Shown here piece by piece: positions 38,426 to 48,457 of a stretch of DNA of 64,000 nucleotides. The DNA is from a virus. The position numbers were made by a program, and so were the translations under genes. Position 1 is the first letter of the stretch. Each line of letters opens with the position of its first letter. The DNA lies in the IMG/VR virus record IMGVR_UViG_3300034200_001454, positions 13,477-77,476 of that record. One strand, written 5' to 3'. Under the pieces are notes generated by a model that was not told the DNA's origin, made no database searches, and saw only the letters and a list, made by a program, of their open reading frames with translations.

Positions 38426-38726
38426 GAACCAGTAGGAAAGGGCGGAGCCTCTGGAAGCCAATAATAAGTGCCACCTTCGTTTCAGCGTGCCAAACGATGC
38501 GGGCTTTTGTTTGTCTTCCGTCTTTCACGATGGCAGCGATGGTGCCCAAGAGGCTCGTGGGCATCCAGCCAGCAGCCGTACATTGTACGTACACGACGGT
38601 TTGCCCAACTTCCCAAGTGTGGGACACTGGCGTTTTCGGGAGGGCTCTGAAGGAAGCCGTACCAAGCTTTTCGGCCTTCCTTCCATCGTCCACTGCGTAA
38701 ACAAACTGCTTGCCATTTCGCTGCAT
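38397..38726 (-). CDS. Hypothetical protein
   Basis: 109 aa ORF. Confidence 0.5.
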   Translation of the reverse strand: MQRNGKQFVYAVDDGRKAEKLGTASFRALPKTPVSHTWEVGQTVVYVQCTAAGWMPTSLLGTIAAIVKDGRQTKARIVWHAETKVALIIGFQRLRPFLLVHDFLSSSNH

Positions 38727-38756
38727 CGCTAGGCTAAAGCAAACGACGGGAGCCCT

Positions 38757-39134
38757 ATGTCAAGAATGTTTTCCATTCCAGTAGCATTAAGCTACAACGG
38801 ACGTGACTACATTGCTGAAATGGGGCCTTTTGAACGGAGCATGGAAAGGGACTTTGCCCTTGTCGCCAATAAGAAAGCACTGGACGAATGTAACGATATT
38901 GCAAAAATTAAAGAAGTGGCATGGAATATGATGCAAGGCTGGAGTAACATGCAAGATGCCACTGCTTCGCTCGTTAAGGAGAATCTTGAGCTGCGTCAAG
39001 CCATGCAAATCCAGCAAATGGACTTAGAAGCAGCAGATGCTTTGCTTGGGGAAGCTGGCGAAGCAATTAAGGCATTCTCAGAACAGCAGCAATCTTCTCA
39101 AGCCAGGCGATTTCTTTGGCCGTTTGGGAAGTAA
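38757..39134 (+). CDS. Hypothetical coiled-coil protein
   Basis: 125 aa ORF. Confidence 0.6.
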   Translation: MSRMFSIPVALSYNGRDYIAEMGPFERSMERDFALVANKKALDECNDIAKIKEVAWNMMQGWSNMQDATASLVKENLELRQAMQIQQMDLEAADALLGEAGEAIKAFSEQQQSSQARRFLWPFGK

Positions 39135-39429
39135 GCAAAAATACTTTCCAGCCGCATAGCATTGCTAGGTTAAACTTCCTAGCGTCTCGTTCATAGCCAG
39201 AGCCAGTAACATGACGGCCACGATTAAAAGTGCCGCCTTGTATTTCAATGAGAGAGCGAGAAGGAAGATGTGCAAAATCTGCTCTGTAACGTTTTGAACG
39301 CTTGCTTTTTGTATAGCGCTCCTGAAAATCAGCTTCCCAAGCTTCTACATCGCTAAATTCCCGGATCAATGGAAGGTCGGGATAGTGAGCTTGCCAAAGC
39401 CCGAGAAACTGATCTTCGAGAGCGCTCAC
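39067..39429 (-). CDS. PD-(D/E)XK endonuclease (resolvase/Vsr-like)
   Basis: RYRADFA...IEIQGG...GRH...GYERDARKFNLAMLCGWKV. Confidence 0.75.
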   Translation of the reverse strand: MSALEDQFLGLWQAHYPDLPLIREFSDVEAWEADFQERYTKSKRSKRYRADFAHLPSRSLIEIQGGTFNRGRHVTGSGYERDARKFNLAMLCGWKVFLLTSQTAKEIAWLEKIAAVLRMP

Positions 39430-39432
39430 AAG

Positions 39433-40020
39433 CTATACGGCAGCAAAAGCCACTTTAGCTTGCTGATTCTGGTATTTGCCATCGCCGTAGGCGCTAGCAA
39501 CATCACCATCGAGCTTCATAAACATAATTTGCACTATCCCTTCATTGGCATAGATGCGGCTTGGAAAAGCCAGGGGATTGACAATACAAATAGTGAGATG
39601 GCCAGACCAGCCAGGCTCAATTGGCGTAACGTTAATGATGGTCCCTTGACGTGCATACGTTGACTTCCCGTCTGTGATGCCCATCACATTGTTAGGCATC
39701 GAGATGCGCTCAAGGCTAACGCCAAGCGCGTAGGAAAAAGGCGGAAGCACGAAAAACGTGCTGCCATTTTCTTGACGAGGCTTCTGCTCTTCCATTAGCT
39801 CCGTATCAAAGCTTTTCACGTCAAGAGGGAAGTCCTTGCTGACGCTGTTGTCGATGACCATAAAACCTTCCGGGGAAAGGCGCAGGTCATATCCAGCATG
39901 AGACAGGCCATAAGACAATGCTTTCGTGCCATTGTCCAGCTCGCGACGCTTCTCTCCAGTGAAAGGAAAGATGATGTCGTTTTCAGCGAGAATGCTAATT
40001 TGCTTGTCGTTGAGAAGCAT
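39433..40020 (-). CDS. dcd: dCTP deaminase
   Basis: SYGLSHAGYDLRL, GKSTYAR, TPIEPGWSG, YANEGIVQ, KYQNQ. Confidence 0.93.
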   Translation of the reverse strand: MLLNDKQISILAENDIIFPFTGEKRRELDNGTKALSYGLSHAGYDLRLSPEGFMVIDNSVSKDFPLDVKSFDTELMEEQKPRQENGSTFFVLPPFSYALGVSLERISMPNNVMGITDGKSTYARQGTIINVTPIEPGWSGHLTICIVNPLAFPSRIYANEGIVQIMFMKLDGDVASAYGDGKYQNQQAKVAFAAV

Positions 40021-40068
40021 GAAAGAAAAGGGGCGTTGCCGCCCCCAAGAAACAACGATGAAAAAACG

Positions 40069-40482
40069 TTACTTAACGCGTCCTGATTCAGAAATAGGCA
40101 GAGGAACAAGACCATCAGTGGGGATGTACACAACAGTCTTTTCACCTTGCTTGCCCTCCTGATCTTGAAGCCCTGTGATATACAGATACTTCAAATACTC
40201 AGGATTACCTTTAAGGCTATCGCCAATGATTTTATTGGCTTTAGCCACGCCTTCGGCGCGTGCTACTTCAGCATCAGCTTCTAAAACTGCTGCTTCTTTT
40301 TTGGCTTTAGCTTCATACACCCTCACTTGGCGAGTGGATTCAGCTTCCTGCAGCATCGCTTTGCCGTTTTGCGTTTTGCTATAGATGTTGTATTGAGGCC
40401 CAATCCAGAAGAGACTGGCAAGACCAAACAATGCAACAACTAAGACAAGAACAACTTCGGCTGAACCGTTGTCTTTCCGCAT
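40069..40482 (-). CDS. Membrane-anchored SPFH/band-7-like protein
   Basis: TM then AEVARAEGVAKANKIIGDSL...YLKYL...VVYIPT. Confidence 0.7.
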   Translation of the reverse strand: MRKDNGSAEVVLVLVVALFGLASLFWIGPQYNIYSKTQNGKAMLQEAESTRQVRVYEAKAKKEAAVLEADAEVARAEGVAKANKIIGDSLKGNPEYLKYLYITGLQDQEGKQGEKTVVYIPTDGLVPLPISESGRVK

Positions 40483-40491
40483 TGCTCAGGC

Positions 40492-40776
40492 TCAGAACAG
40501 ATCGTCGTTAGACGAAGACGATGCGAAGCTGCTGCCTGCACTTTCGCCGTTCTGCCAGAAGGAAGAATAAGCTTTAGGGCTATTCTCCATCTTGTTGACG
40601 GTCACTTGTCCCTTGAAATGAGGAGCAGTGTCCTTGTCGCGCTTGTCGTTGTTCCACAGTGCCACGCGGAAGCTGTAGTTTCCTTGGGCATTGGGACCAG
40701 CCTTTTTGGCTGCATTCAGAATGTCGGGGGTGAGATCGACAGTGCCGCTGAAAACGGGAAGATTGCCAGAGGGCAT
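40492..40776 (-). CDS. Putative single-stranded DNA-binding protein
   Basis: VALW...APHFKG, acidic tail ending DDLF, next to exonuclease. Confidence 0.55.
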   Translation of the reverse strand: MPSGNLPVFSGTVDLTPDILNAAKKAGPNAQGNYSFRVALWNNDKRDKDTAPHFKGQVTVNKMENSPKAYSSFWQNGESAGSSFASSSSNDDLF

Positions 40777-40847
40777 TTAGTGTTCCTCAGAAGGAGAGTG
40801 GTCGGCCCTGGAGGGGCTCTAGAAGCATAGCCGGTATGGACGAGAAG

Positions 40848-41612
40848 TCAAGCTCCGCGATCCATAGAAATGGTTAAGGGGCGTCCACCTGGATAGTGCT
40901 CAAGAAAGTACTGCTGCGTTTTCTGGGCCATGATGCCTGCCTGCATAGCAAGGTCAGTGCCATCAAGACTCACAATTTGAGCTTCCTGCCCTTCGCCCGT
41001 ATCGGGATCGTAAATGGCGATGGCGCAATGAGCCTCATTGATTTCGATGCCGTACATTTGTTCAATGGCTTGGGAATAGGCTCCGAGCTGCATGCGGTAG
41101 TCGCCTAGCTGCGTATCAGGCTTCTGCTTGTAGCTTGTCTTCCAATCAAGCAGGGCAATGTTGCCATTGCCCATAGTGGCAAGCATATCAAAGGTGCCTG
41201 AATAGCCAGTTTCAGTGGAAGGACAGTACCAAGCGATGGCACTTTCCACCAATAGAGGGCTGGCTACGCCAGTTAGGAAGCTAGCAATGCTGTCGAAATA
41301 AGGAACGAACGATGGATGGGAATCAAGGTGGCAGTTGATGTCCTCGCCATTCCAGAAATCCTCCAGCACTCCATGGAGCCAATTGCCACGTTCTACGGCA
41401 GAGCGTGTGCGACGATTGGCCTCTTCATTGCCTACTTTCTTGCGCCAGTTCATGAGCGCTGCAATCTTGCCAGGCGGCGAACACGCGCTCGCAATAGTCG
41501 TCACAGAGGGCAAAACAATGCCTTCTGGCGCATTTGGAAAACCGTTCAAAACGTAATTCCGTTTGCCGTTGAGCTGAATCCGATTGGGCTCGTAGCGGGG
41601 CAGAGAAGGCAT
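40848..41612 (-). CDS. PD-(D/E)XK exonuclease (Cas4/RecB-like)
   Basis: LPSVTTI, RGNWLH, YSGTFD, LLDWKTS, QLGAY. Confidence 0.88.
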   Translation of the reverse strand: MPSLPRYEPNRIQLNGKRNYVLNGFPNAPEGIVLPSVTTIASACSPPGKIAALMNWRKKVGNEEANRRTRSAVERGNWLHGVLEDFWNGEDINCHLDSHPSFVPYFDSIASFLTGVASPLLVESAIAWYCPSTETGYSGTFDMLATMGNGNIALLDWKTSYKQKPDTQLGDYRMQLGAYSQAIEQMYGIEINEAHCAIAIYDPDTGEGQEAQIVSLDGTDLAMQAGIMAQKTQQYFLEHYPGGRPLTISMDRGA

Positions 41613-41647
41613 CGAAAGGGCGTCGAGACATAGATCGTAACATGGCA

Positions 41648-41971
41648 CTATTTTTCGTTCATGTCCCAGAAATACTCGCAGCCTTCTTCCGTATAAGGCG
41701 GCGTTGCAAAATAACTTTGGAAGCGATTAGCGGGCGCCATGTAACGCCAGCAATCTTCTTTGATAGGACATTCGTTGCCCTTACACATTGCAATATCAGG
41801 CATGAGAATAGTTCGTGCAGTTTGATAAAGGAAAGTGCGATCAGCCAGAGGATGTTCAGCAATAGCGTGGAGAACAGCAGCAATACGACGGTCACTGCTA
41901 AGCGTATCGTCAGGAAAGCTCCAGAATGCTTCATGGCAGGCATTAATCAGCGTCCGTCTGTTCGTCAACAT
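41648..41971 (-). CDS. Hypothetical protein with Cys-rich C-terminus
   Basis: MPDIAMCKGNECPIKEDCWRY...CEYFW. Confidence 0.55.
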   Translation of the reverse strand: MLTNRRTLINACHEAFWSFPDDTLSSDRRIAAVLHAIAEHPLADRTFLYQTARTILMPDIAMCKGNECPIKEDCWRYMAPANRFQSYFATPPYTEEGCEYFWDMNEK

Positions 41972-42194
41972 TTTTCAGCAAATCTGCAAACTCTTCTGCT
42001 TGTGCATTGAAAGCATCAACAATAAGAGAACGTGAATAGCCACAGCCCGTTAAATAACAAGTAAAGTCCTCGACAACTTCGTATATAGTTGCCTTGTAGC
42101 TAACCACTTCAATCTCAAAACTTGGATCGCCATGGCGATTGGTAATTGAATGTTTCCATGAATGTTTCCATGGAGAAAGGGAGGAATCGTTCAT
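41943..42194 (-). CDS. Hypothetical protein
   Basis: 83 aa ORF. Confidence 0.5.
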   Translation of the reverse strand: MNDSSLSPWKHSWKHSITNRHGDPSFEIEVVSYKATIYEVVEDFTCYLTGCGYSRSLIVDAFNAQAEEFADLLKNVDEQTDAD

Positions 42195-42382
42195 GGTAGA
42201 ACTAAGCTTGCAAGGAGCAAAATGAGCAAGGCCAGTGCCGTAGAGGCAACGGCAATTAATAGAAACAAGCCCAGCGGATCATCAGCCAAAAAGCTTGGGA
42301 GGAAGGCAATCAATTGGGGCATGATCTTCATCAAGGCAAATAGTTCCAGCGAAGGCCCGTGCAAAACGGGCCGCCGCTAGAT

Positions 42383-43345
42383 CTATGGCTTTTTTGCAAC
42401 AAAAGCCTTCATGGCTTCCACCATTGCTTCTGTTGTATCACAAGCACGCACCAAGTCAATTTCCTTGGTCATTTCTGCTTTAGTGATAACAAGCTGTTCT
42501 TCCTTCGCCCATACGGTCATCATGGCTGCTGCCACATTGCCGAATTGTTGCCAAGTCTTCACTTCAGTGGCACGGGAGAGGCCAATGGCCTCTAGAGCAG
42601 CCTTGCCAAGCGCCATGCTTGCTTTCTCATCGGCATAGCCAAATGGATTGGCCTTGCAAATGGTGGTTAGAGCAGTTTTGGCATCAAATGCTTCATCACT
42701 GGCCCCTGTTGCAGCGGCGGGAGCATTCCCTCCTTCTCCAGCAGGCTCAGAAGGAGCTTTAGTTCCCGTTGGCGCCTTGCTTGTCCGCGCTGCTTGCTTC
42801 GGAGCCTCCTGTTGGAGCGGGAGTTTGGCCTGTCCTTTTTCATCTTCTTTGGGGATGTCCTCTCCTGCATAGAGACGCAGGCCAAGGCCGGTGAAGGTGG
42901 CAATAGCCTTTACAGCAGCACGCTGGCAGTTGTCAGAAATGGCACGACCATCAAGCTCCTTGATGGAATTGTGCTTCCTGTCCATGATCGGGAAGATCAA
43001 AGCAACAGTACGACGGCAGCCATCAGTGAGGTAGGGACGGAGATAGTAAGCGCCTGGCGTGCCAAACACCACTTCTCCAATGGTCTTCTCTTCAAAGGCC
43101 ACAAAATAAGTGGGGAAATGCTCCTTCAGATAGCGATAGGCAAAAGGCCAGGACAAATAGGACAAGCCTTTGTAGTCCTTCTCGATGTGAGGACCAATAT
43201 CAGGCGTGTCGTAAGCAGCCTTAAAAGCTTCAGCACTAATCTCCAGCGGAGAGAAGATGCCGTTATAACGATCCATTGTGGCTTGCTTGGCAGGGTCCAT
43301 GGAAGAAAAATCAGACGGGGAATAAAGCATAAATGAATGGTTCAT
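42383..43345 (-). CDS. DUF1071/Sak3-like single-strand annealing protein
   Basis: GLSYLSW, PIMD, QRAAVKAIA..GLGLRLYAGED. Confidence 0.8.
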   Translation of the reverse strand: MNHSFMLYSPSDFSSMDPAKQATMDRYNGIFSPLEISAEAFKAAYDTPDIGPHIEKDYKGLSYLSWPFAYRYLKEHFPTYFVAFEEKTIGEVVFGTPGAYYLRPYLTDGCRRTVALIFPIMDRKHNSIKELDGRAISDNCQRAAVKAIATFTGLGLRLYAGEDIPKEDEKGQAKLPLQQEAPKQAARTSKAPTGTKAPSEPAGEGGNAPAAATGASDEAFDAKTALTTICKANPFGYADEKASMALGKAALEAIGLSRATEVKTWQQFGNVAAAMMTVWAKEEQLVITKAEMTKEIDLVRACDTTEAMVEAMKAFVAKKP

Positions 43346-43605
43346 TGCTTGGAATGAGGAATGCTCATGTATTCGCCATACATGATTACGAAATCAACTG
43401 TCATTTCAGAGCCTTCATTCTTGGTGACGATGCTCTTACCAGGAAGAGGCCAATCGGCGATTGCACGAATGTCAGTGGGAAGTTCGTAATACTTAAAATT
43501 GAAGCCGTCATCAATGACGCCTTGCTCCCATAGGAGCTTCACTTCCTGATCGCCGTGCTCAAGGATAAATTCCTCGCAGGCAAGTTTAAGCTGAGAAACT
43601 TTCAT
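43342..43605 (-). CDS. Hypothetical protein
   Basis: MKVSQL...HGD. Confidence 0.55.
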   Translation of the reverse strand: MKVSQLKLACEEFILEHGDQEVKLLWEQGVIDDGFNFKYYELPTDIRAIADWPLPGKSIVTKNEGSEMTVDFVIMYGEYMSIPHSKQ

Positions 43606-43608
43606 TGA

Positions 43609-43854
43609 TCAGTCGTTGTTGTAAAACAGGACGGCATAGGCAGATTCTTTTTCGTCTACCTCTTGCTCTTCAATTGGCGTGCCGGGCAGGCCAGCATGCG
43701 GGCTGTTCATGATGCGCAAACCAATAATTTTGTACAAACTTGCAATACCGTTGATGTCGCCGGCATCGTAAGTGCCTAGCGCTCCAATTTCAATGTCACC
43801 ATATTTAATGATTGCTTTTTCAAGCTGCCTCATTAAGTCAGAAAGCTTCATCAT
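43609..43854 (-). CDS. Hypothetical protein
   Basis: MMKLSDL...YGDIEI, similar N-terminus to neighbour. Confidence 0.5.
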   Translation of the reverse strand: MMKLSDLMRQLEKAIIKYGDIEIGALGTYDAGDINGIASLYKIIGLRIMNSPHAGLPGTPIEEQEVDEKESAYAVLFYNND

Positions 43855-44080
43855 GTTCTGGGGAGTCAATGGAAGATGTGGAATAGTCTTCAATGAGATC
43901 AAAGGCACCGTTGGCAAGAGTGGCACTGCCCTCCCAAATTGGCGTGGAACGAACAAGGCGTTCTAGGGTTTCGCTGAGGCTCAATCGAGCTTCATGGGCG
44001 ATGTTGCCAAGATGGGCGTAGGCAGTGTCAGTTAAGCTGAAATGCCGGCCCTTTTTCAGCTCTTTGTTACCGTTTGTCAT
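43838..44080 (-). CDS. Ribbon-helix-helix regulator
   Basis: RHFSLTDTAYAHL..IAHEARLSLSETLERLVR; first gene of leftward operon. Confidence 0.7.
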   Translation of the reverse strand: MTNGNKELKKGRHFSLTDTAYAHLGNIAHEARLSLSETLERLVRSTPIWEGSATLANGAFDLIEDYSTSSIDSPEHDEAF

Positions 44081-44312
44081 AAAACAGGGGGGCAAGCAGG
44101 TAGCCAATTGAAAAGCCGATAAGGCCGGCTAGCCAGAGTTCCATGAACAAGAGGCATCGGGAACATGGCCAGACTAGCCATAGTTTTGAGCCCTGCCAAC
44201 CACCTAAGCCATTGCTTTCACTGATGGTTTGTTTCGCTTTGTATTGCTTTGGCTTATAGGGCTGCTGCTTCTTGATTTCCTTGCTACAACGGGAGCGATT
44301 CCACCACTTTCC

Positions 44313-47300
44313 ATGGCATTCTCCATCCTGGACCACATTGAGAAGCTTGAACCAAGTGATCATCCAGGAAAATATATCTGCCCGGCATGCGGCGGCAATG
44401 ATCTTTCTATCAATGAAAGCAATGGTGCCTATAACTGTTTCAATGATGATTCAGCCAAACATCGTGCTGAAATTCGTAACATTCTTGCACCATTAGATCG
44501 CTGGGAACGCCCTCTTCGTGATGCACGTTCCTACACTTTCTCCTACAAAAATAAGCAAGGCGAAACCACGATCAACGTGCATCGTGATGATGCCAGTGGT
44601 AAGAAAACAATTCGCCAAGCCTATCCTTCAGTACCACAAGGCACGCATCAACGCAAGGCGTACATTGATGAAATAAGAACTACTGTTCTCCCCTATCGCT
44701 ACGACGAAGCCCTCACTGCTTGTCAAGTGACGGGACTTCCCATCTTCATTGTTGAAGGCGAACTCACTTGCGACAGGCTCTGGGAAATTGGCCTGCCCTC
44801 TGTCACCTTCCTTGGTGGCAGCGGACAATATCGTGCTAACGGCGACTATTCGCTGTTGTTTCGCGGCAAGAAAATTGTCCTATGTCCTGATCGCGATGAG
44901 CCCGGCATTGCTCTCATGCGAGAAGTGGCTTCAGATAATCCTGGAGCGCAATGGCTTTATGCCGACCCTGATAATTTTGAATGGGATAGTCTTCCTCAAA
45001 ATGGCGGCTACGACTTAGCTGACTGGCTGGACGATGGTGCAGATCAAGAGCTGATTCTCTCCTCCATCGTTTCTAAGGATCGCCATGAAGGTAAAGATGG
45101 TCTTCCTTCCTACGAGGAAATCATCGGCAGCTTCGAGCGAATGGTCGGCCTTTATGACAATGATGCTCGTGTGGCTTTTCAGGCAGCGCAATGGCTAGAA
45201 GCTCATGGCGTGAAGATGAGCCAAGCCAATATCGACAAGATGATCGACGAGGCGAAGTCTCGTTTGTTTGGCAAGGAAGAAATAGAAACCATTGACGTGC
45301 TGCAGCTCATTGATGATGATTCTGTTCGTGAATGGCTGATTGCTGGCATCGTTCCTCTTGGTAGTGTCACGCTTCTTGCTGCTCAAGGCGGCACTGGTAA
45401 AGCTCAGAGCCTGGACAGCAAGATTCTCACCCCCGATGGCTGGACAACCATGGGAGAGCTTCACGTGGGCAGTAAGGTCATTGCAATGGATGGGACGGTG
45501 GCGAAGGTCACGGGAGTCTTTCCACAGGGCGTCAAGCCTCTTTATCGGGTCACTATGAGCGATGGCAGTTCTACCATTTGCTGCGACGAGCATCTGTGGC
45601 TCACAAAAACCGAGAACGAGCGCAATCTTAAACGCTCATGGAATATCAGGTCTCTTTCGGAAATTCGCTCTTCAATTCGTCGCGGTAATTCCGATAAGCG
45701 GAATCACTCAATTCCCACGGTTGGTCCTGTTCAATTTGAGAAAAAGGATCTTCCCATTCACCCCTATTTACTTGGCGTGATTCTTGGTGACGGAAATATT
45801 TCCAGCAATTCTTGCTCTGTAACTCTTTCGGATGATGAAATTGTTTATCGCATTCAAAAACTGCTTCCTCGTTATCACGATTTGAAGGTTCAAGAGAAAG
45901 CGAAAAAATGCACTACTTATGCGATTCGCCAAAACTGCTCGACTGCCATCTCGCCTGGTATTCGCGATATGTTGCGCGAAATGGGTTTGTGGGGCAAGCG
46001 CTCTTGGGAAAAGCACGTTCCACAAGAGTATCTTTTTTCCTCCGTTCAAGATCGCATGGACCTGTTACATGGCTTGATGGATACTGATGGAACCACAGGC
46101 GGCAGCCATACAACATTCGATTCTGCATCTAAAGACTTGGCGGAAGCTGTTCAATTCTTGGTTCTTTCCATTGGCGGCAAGGCAAAGCTCACTCAACGCC
46201 GCACTTTCTTCACTTATCTAGGACAGAAGAAACAAGGACGGATTAGTTATCGTGTTTTCATCTCAATGCCTTCTGGTTTTAAAAGCTTTAGTATTTCAGC
46301 CAAGGCAAGCAAGGAAACGCCGCGCACCAAGTATTTACCCTCTCGCTTAATTGAATCAGTTGAATACATCGGAGATGGAGAAGCACAGTGCATCATGATT
46401 GACCATCCTTCGCATGCTTATGTAACTGACGATTTTATTGTTACGCACAACACCAGCTTGGTTTACAACTGGGCGCTAGGCGTTGCCACTGGCTCTTCGT
46501 GGTCTGGACGCCGCTGTCTCCCCGGCAAGTGCCTTCTCATCTCTGCTGACGAGCCACTGTCAGACACCAAAGAGAAGCTTTCCATCATTGGTTATCAAGA
46601 AGCCAACATTCAACCTGGCATGATTTCCTTCTGGGAAACCTGGCGCTTTGCTCATATGCAACAGCTTGAGCGTTTCATTAAAAAGCACCGCCCAGTGTTT
46701 GTCGTCATTGACTCGCTCACTGCATGTTTCGCTGGCATGAACGTTGATCTCATCAAGAGCAATGCGGGCGATTCTCTCTATGCATTGCGCGACATGGCCA
46801 ATGTTTACAAATGCTCCATCGTCATTCTTCACCACTTAAACCGTCAAGGCGGACTTCGTGATAGCTCTAGCTTTGTTGACAATGTGAGTGAAGTGGTGAA
46901 GCTCTATCGCCAAGAGGGCAACTTTGATCAAAACCAGTTTGTTCTGGAATGGGTGAAGAGCCGCAGTGGCCTAGCTGGCAAGCACGTTCTAAAACGGAAT
47001 GCCGTGAACTATGGATGGGACTATGCTGGTCCGCTTGGTAATTCCATTGCTGAACTTGATCGCGTGGCAAACTATGTGAACATGCGTCCGCATGAGCGTT
47101 TCAGCAAGCAGCAGGTTTCGCTGGGCGCTGGCATGAATGAAAATGTCACTACTGGCAAGCTGCTAGAAATGGCCCGTCGTCAAGGGCTTATTACTAGCAG
47201 CTTCATCGTTGGCCCTCACGATGAACGCACACGCATGTACCACTCATGGGACTACCAAGGCCCCGATCTGAATTTTAGTTCTCCCAATGAAGAGCAGAAT

Positions 47301-47399
47301 ATTGTTCCCGATAAGGAAGAGCTACCAATTATTCCACCTGTTTCCATTGTTTCCAATGAAAATCTTCCCGAAAAGGAAGATCAGGAGGATTGGTTTTAG
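44313..47399 (+). CDS. Primase-helicase (Zn finger, TOPRIM, RecA-like/AAA_25) with intein
   Basis: CPAC; IVEGE...PDRDEPG; Walker A AQGGTGK|T split by intein; VVIDSL; ILHH. Confidence 0.9.
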   Translation: MAFSILDHIEKLEPSDHPGKYICPACGGNDLSINESNGAYNCFNDDSAKHRAEIRNILAPLDRWERPLRDARSYTFSYKNKQGETTINVHRDDASGKKTIRQAYPSVPQGTHQRKAYIDEIRTTVLPYRYDEALTACQVTGLPIFIVEGELTCDRLWEIGLPSVTFLGGSGQYRANGDYSLLFRGKKIVLCPDRDEPGIALMREVASDNPGAQWLYADPDNFEWDSLPQNGGYDLADWLDDGADQELILSSIVSKDRHEGKDGLPSYEEIIGSFERMVGLYDNDARVAFQAAQWLEAHGVKMSQANIDKMIDEAKSRLFGKEEIETIDVLQLIDDDSVREWLIAGIVPLGSVTLLAAQGGTGKAQSLDSKILTPDGWTTMGELHVGSKVIAMDGTVAKVTGVFPQGVKPLYRVTMSDGSSTICCDEHLWLTKTENERNLKRSWNIRSLSEIRSSIRRGNSDKRNHSIPTVGPVQFEKKDLPIHPYLLGVILGDGNISSNSCSVTLSDDEIVYRIQKLLPRYHDLKVQEKAKKCTTYAIRQNCSTAISPGIRDMLREMGLWGKRSWEKHVPQEYLFSSVQDRMDLLHGLMDTDGTTGGSHTTFDSASKDLAEAVQFLVLSIGGKAKLTQRRTFFTYLGQKKQGRISYRVFISMPSGFKSFSISAKASKETPRTKYLPSRLIESVEYIGDGEAQCIMIDHPSHAYVTDDFIVTHNTSLVYNWALGVATGSSWSGRRCLPGKCLLISADEPLSDTKEKLSIIGYQEANIQPGMISFWETWRFAHMQQLERFIKKHRPVFVVIDSLTACFAGMNVDLIKSNAGDSLYALRDMANVYKCSIVILHHLNRQGGLRDSSSFVDNVSEVVKLYRQEGNFDQNQFVLEWVKSRSGLAGKHVLKRNAVNYGWDYAGPLGNSIAELDRVANYVNMRPHERFSKQQVSLGAGMNENVTTGKLLEMARRQGLITSSFIVGPHDERTRMYHSWDYQGPDLNFSSPNEEQNIVPDKEELPIIPPVSIVSNENLPEKEDQEDWF
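45402..46451 (+). mobile_element. Class 3 intein (350 aa) with LAGLIDADG endonuclease
   Basis: Starts AQSLDSKILTP; block B CDEHLW; LLGVILGDG and LHGLMDTDG; block F AQCIMID; ends VTHN/T. Confidence 0.9.
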
Positions 47400-47423
47400 T
47401 ATGCATTAATTCGCTTAAAAAGC

Positions 47424-48170
47424 ATGAAAACAATTGCAGTTTGGTTTTCTTGCGGCGCAGCTAGCGCTGTCGCCGCTTATAAGACCATTGAAAAATACGG
47501 ACACTCTCATCAAGTGCGCGTCATCAATAACCCAGTAGCGGAAGAGGATCCCGATAATCGTCGCTTTCTTCTTGACGTAGAAAAATGGCTAGGGCATCCA
47601 ATTGAATTTGCTACCAATGCAAAATATCCATCTTGCTCTTGTGTTGATGTCTGGGCGGACCGTAAATTCATGAGTGGCCCCACTGGAGCGCCTTGCACTA
47701 TGGAGTTAAAAAAGAAAGCTAGGCAGCAATGGGAAAAAGAAAATCATGCTGATTGGCATGTTTTGGGTTTTACTTATGACGAGAAAAATAGGCACGAACG
47801 ATTTGTATTGACAGAGCGTGAAAACGTGCTGCCAGTGCTAATTGACGAAAGGATTACGAAAAGAGAATGCTTTGAAATCATTTCTGCCGCTGGTATTGCA
47901 CTGCCCTCTATCTACTTGCGTGGTTATCCAAATGCAAATTGCATTGGCTGCGTTAAGGCAACTTCGGCTACTTACTGGAATCACGTTAGGCAGCAGGATC
48001 CAGAAGTGTTTCAGCAAAGGGCTGAGCAATCAAGGCAAATTGGATGCAAGCTTGTGCGATGGAAGGGCAAAAGGATGTTTCTTGACGAACTGCCAGTTGA
48101 GGCTAAAGGTAGAAAGATGAAAAATATGGATTTTGAATGTGGTATCTTTTGCGAGGAACGTACCTTTTGA
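47424..48170 (+). CDS. PAPS-reductase-like PP-loop protein
   Basis: VWFSCGAASAV, GAPCTMELKK, NANCIGCVK, ECGIFC. Confidence 0.75.
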   Translation: MKTIAVWFSCGAASAVAAYKTIEKYGHSHQVRVINNPVAEEDPDNRRFLLDVEKWLGHPIEFATNAKYPSCSCVDVWADRKFMSGPTGAPCTMELKKKARQQWEKENHADWHVLGFTYDEKNRHERFVLTERENVLPVLIDERITKRECFEIISAAGIALPSIYLRGYPNANCIGCVKATSATYWNHVRQQDPEVFQQRAEQSRQIGCKLVRWKGKRMFLDELPVEAKGRKMKNMDFECGIFCEERTF

Positions 48171-48279
48171 TGCAATAGTAGGGAGGCTCTATTGCACAGC
48201 CTCCCCGCTGCTTACCGTAGCGAGCAGCTTTCAATAGTTTAGCTTTTTTAGTACGATGGAGGAAAGAAGATCTTGAGCC

Positions 48280-48417
48280 ATGAAAATCATTTGGGACAAC
48301 AGTGAGAGCGCGGCGCCTGTAGCGCCGCTTGTGCTTACGACGGAAGCCGAAATTGAACGATTCTTCGCTGAGATGAAAGCAGAGATCGCGGCAGAAGAAG
48401 ACGAAAACGAAGAATGA
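48280..48417 (+). CDS. 45-aa acidic protein (not in ORF track)
   Basis: MKIIWDNSES...EIAAEEDENEE, ends at terminator. Confidence 0.5.
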   Translation: MKIIWDNSESAAPVAPLVLTTEAEIERFFAEMKAEIAAEEDENEE

Positions 48418-48447
48418 AAAAGGCGGCCCTTGAGCCGCCTTTCTTTT
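48417..48447. terminator. Bidirectional terminator
   Basis: AAAAAGGCGGC-CCTTGA-GCCGCCTTTCTTTT between convergent genes. Confidence 0.8.
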
Positions 48448-48457
48448 GCCTTGTTGA

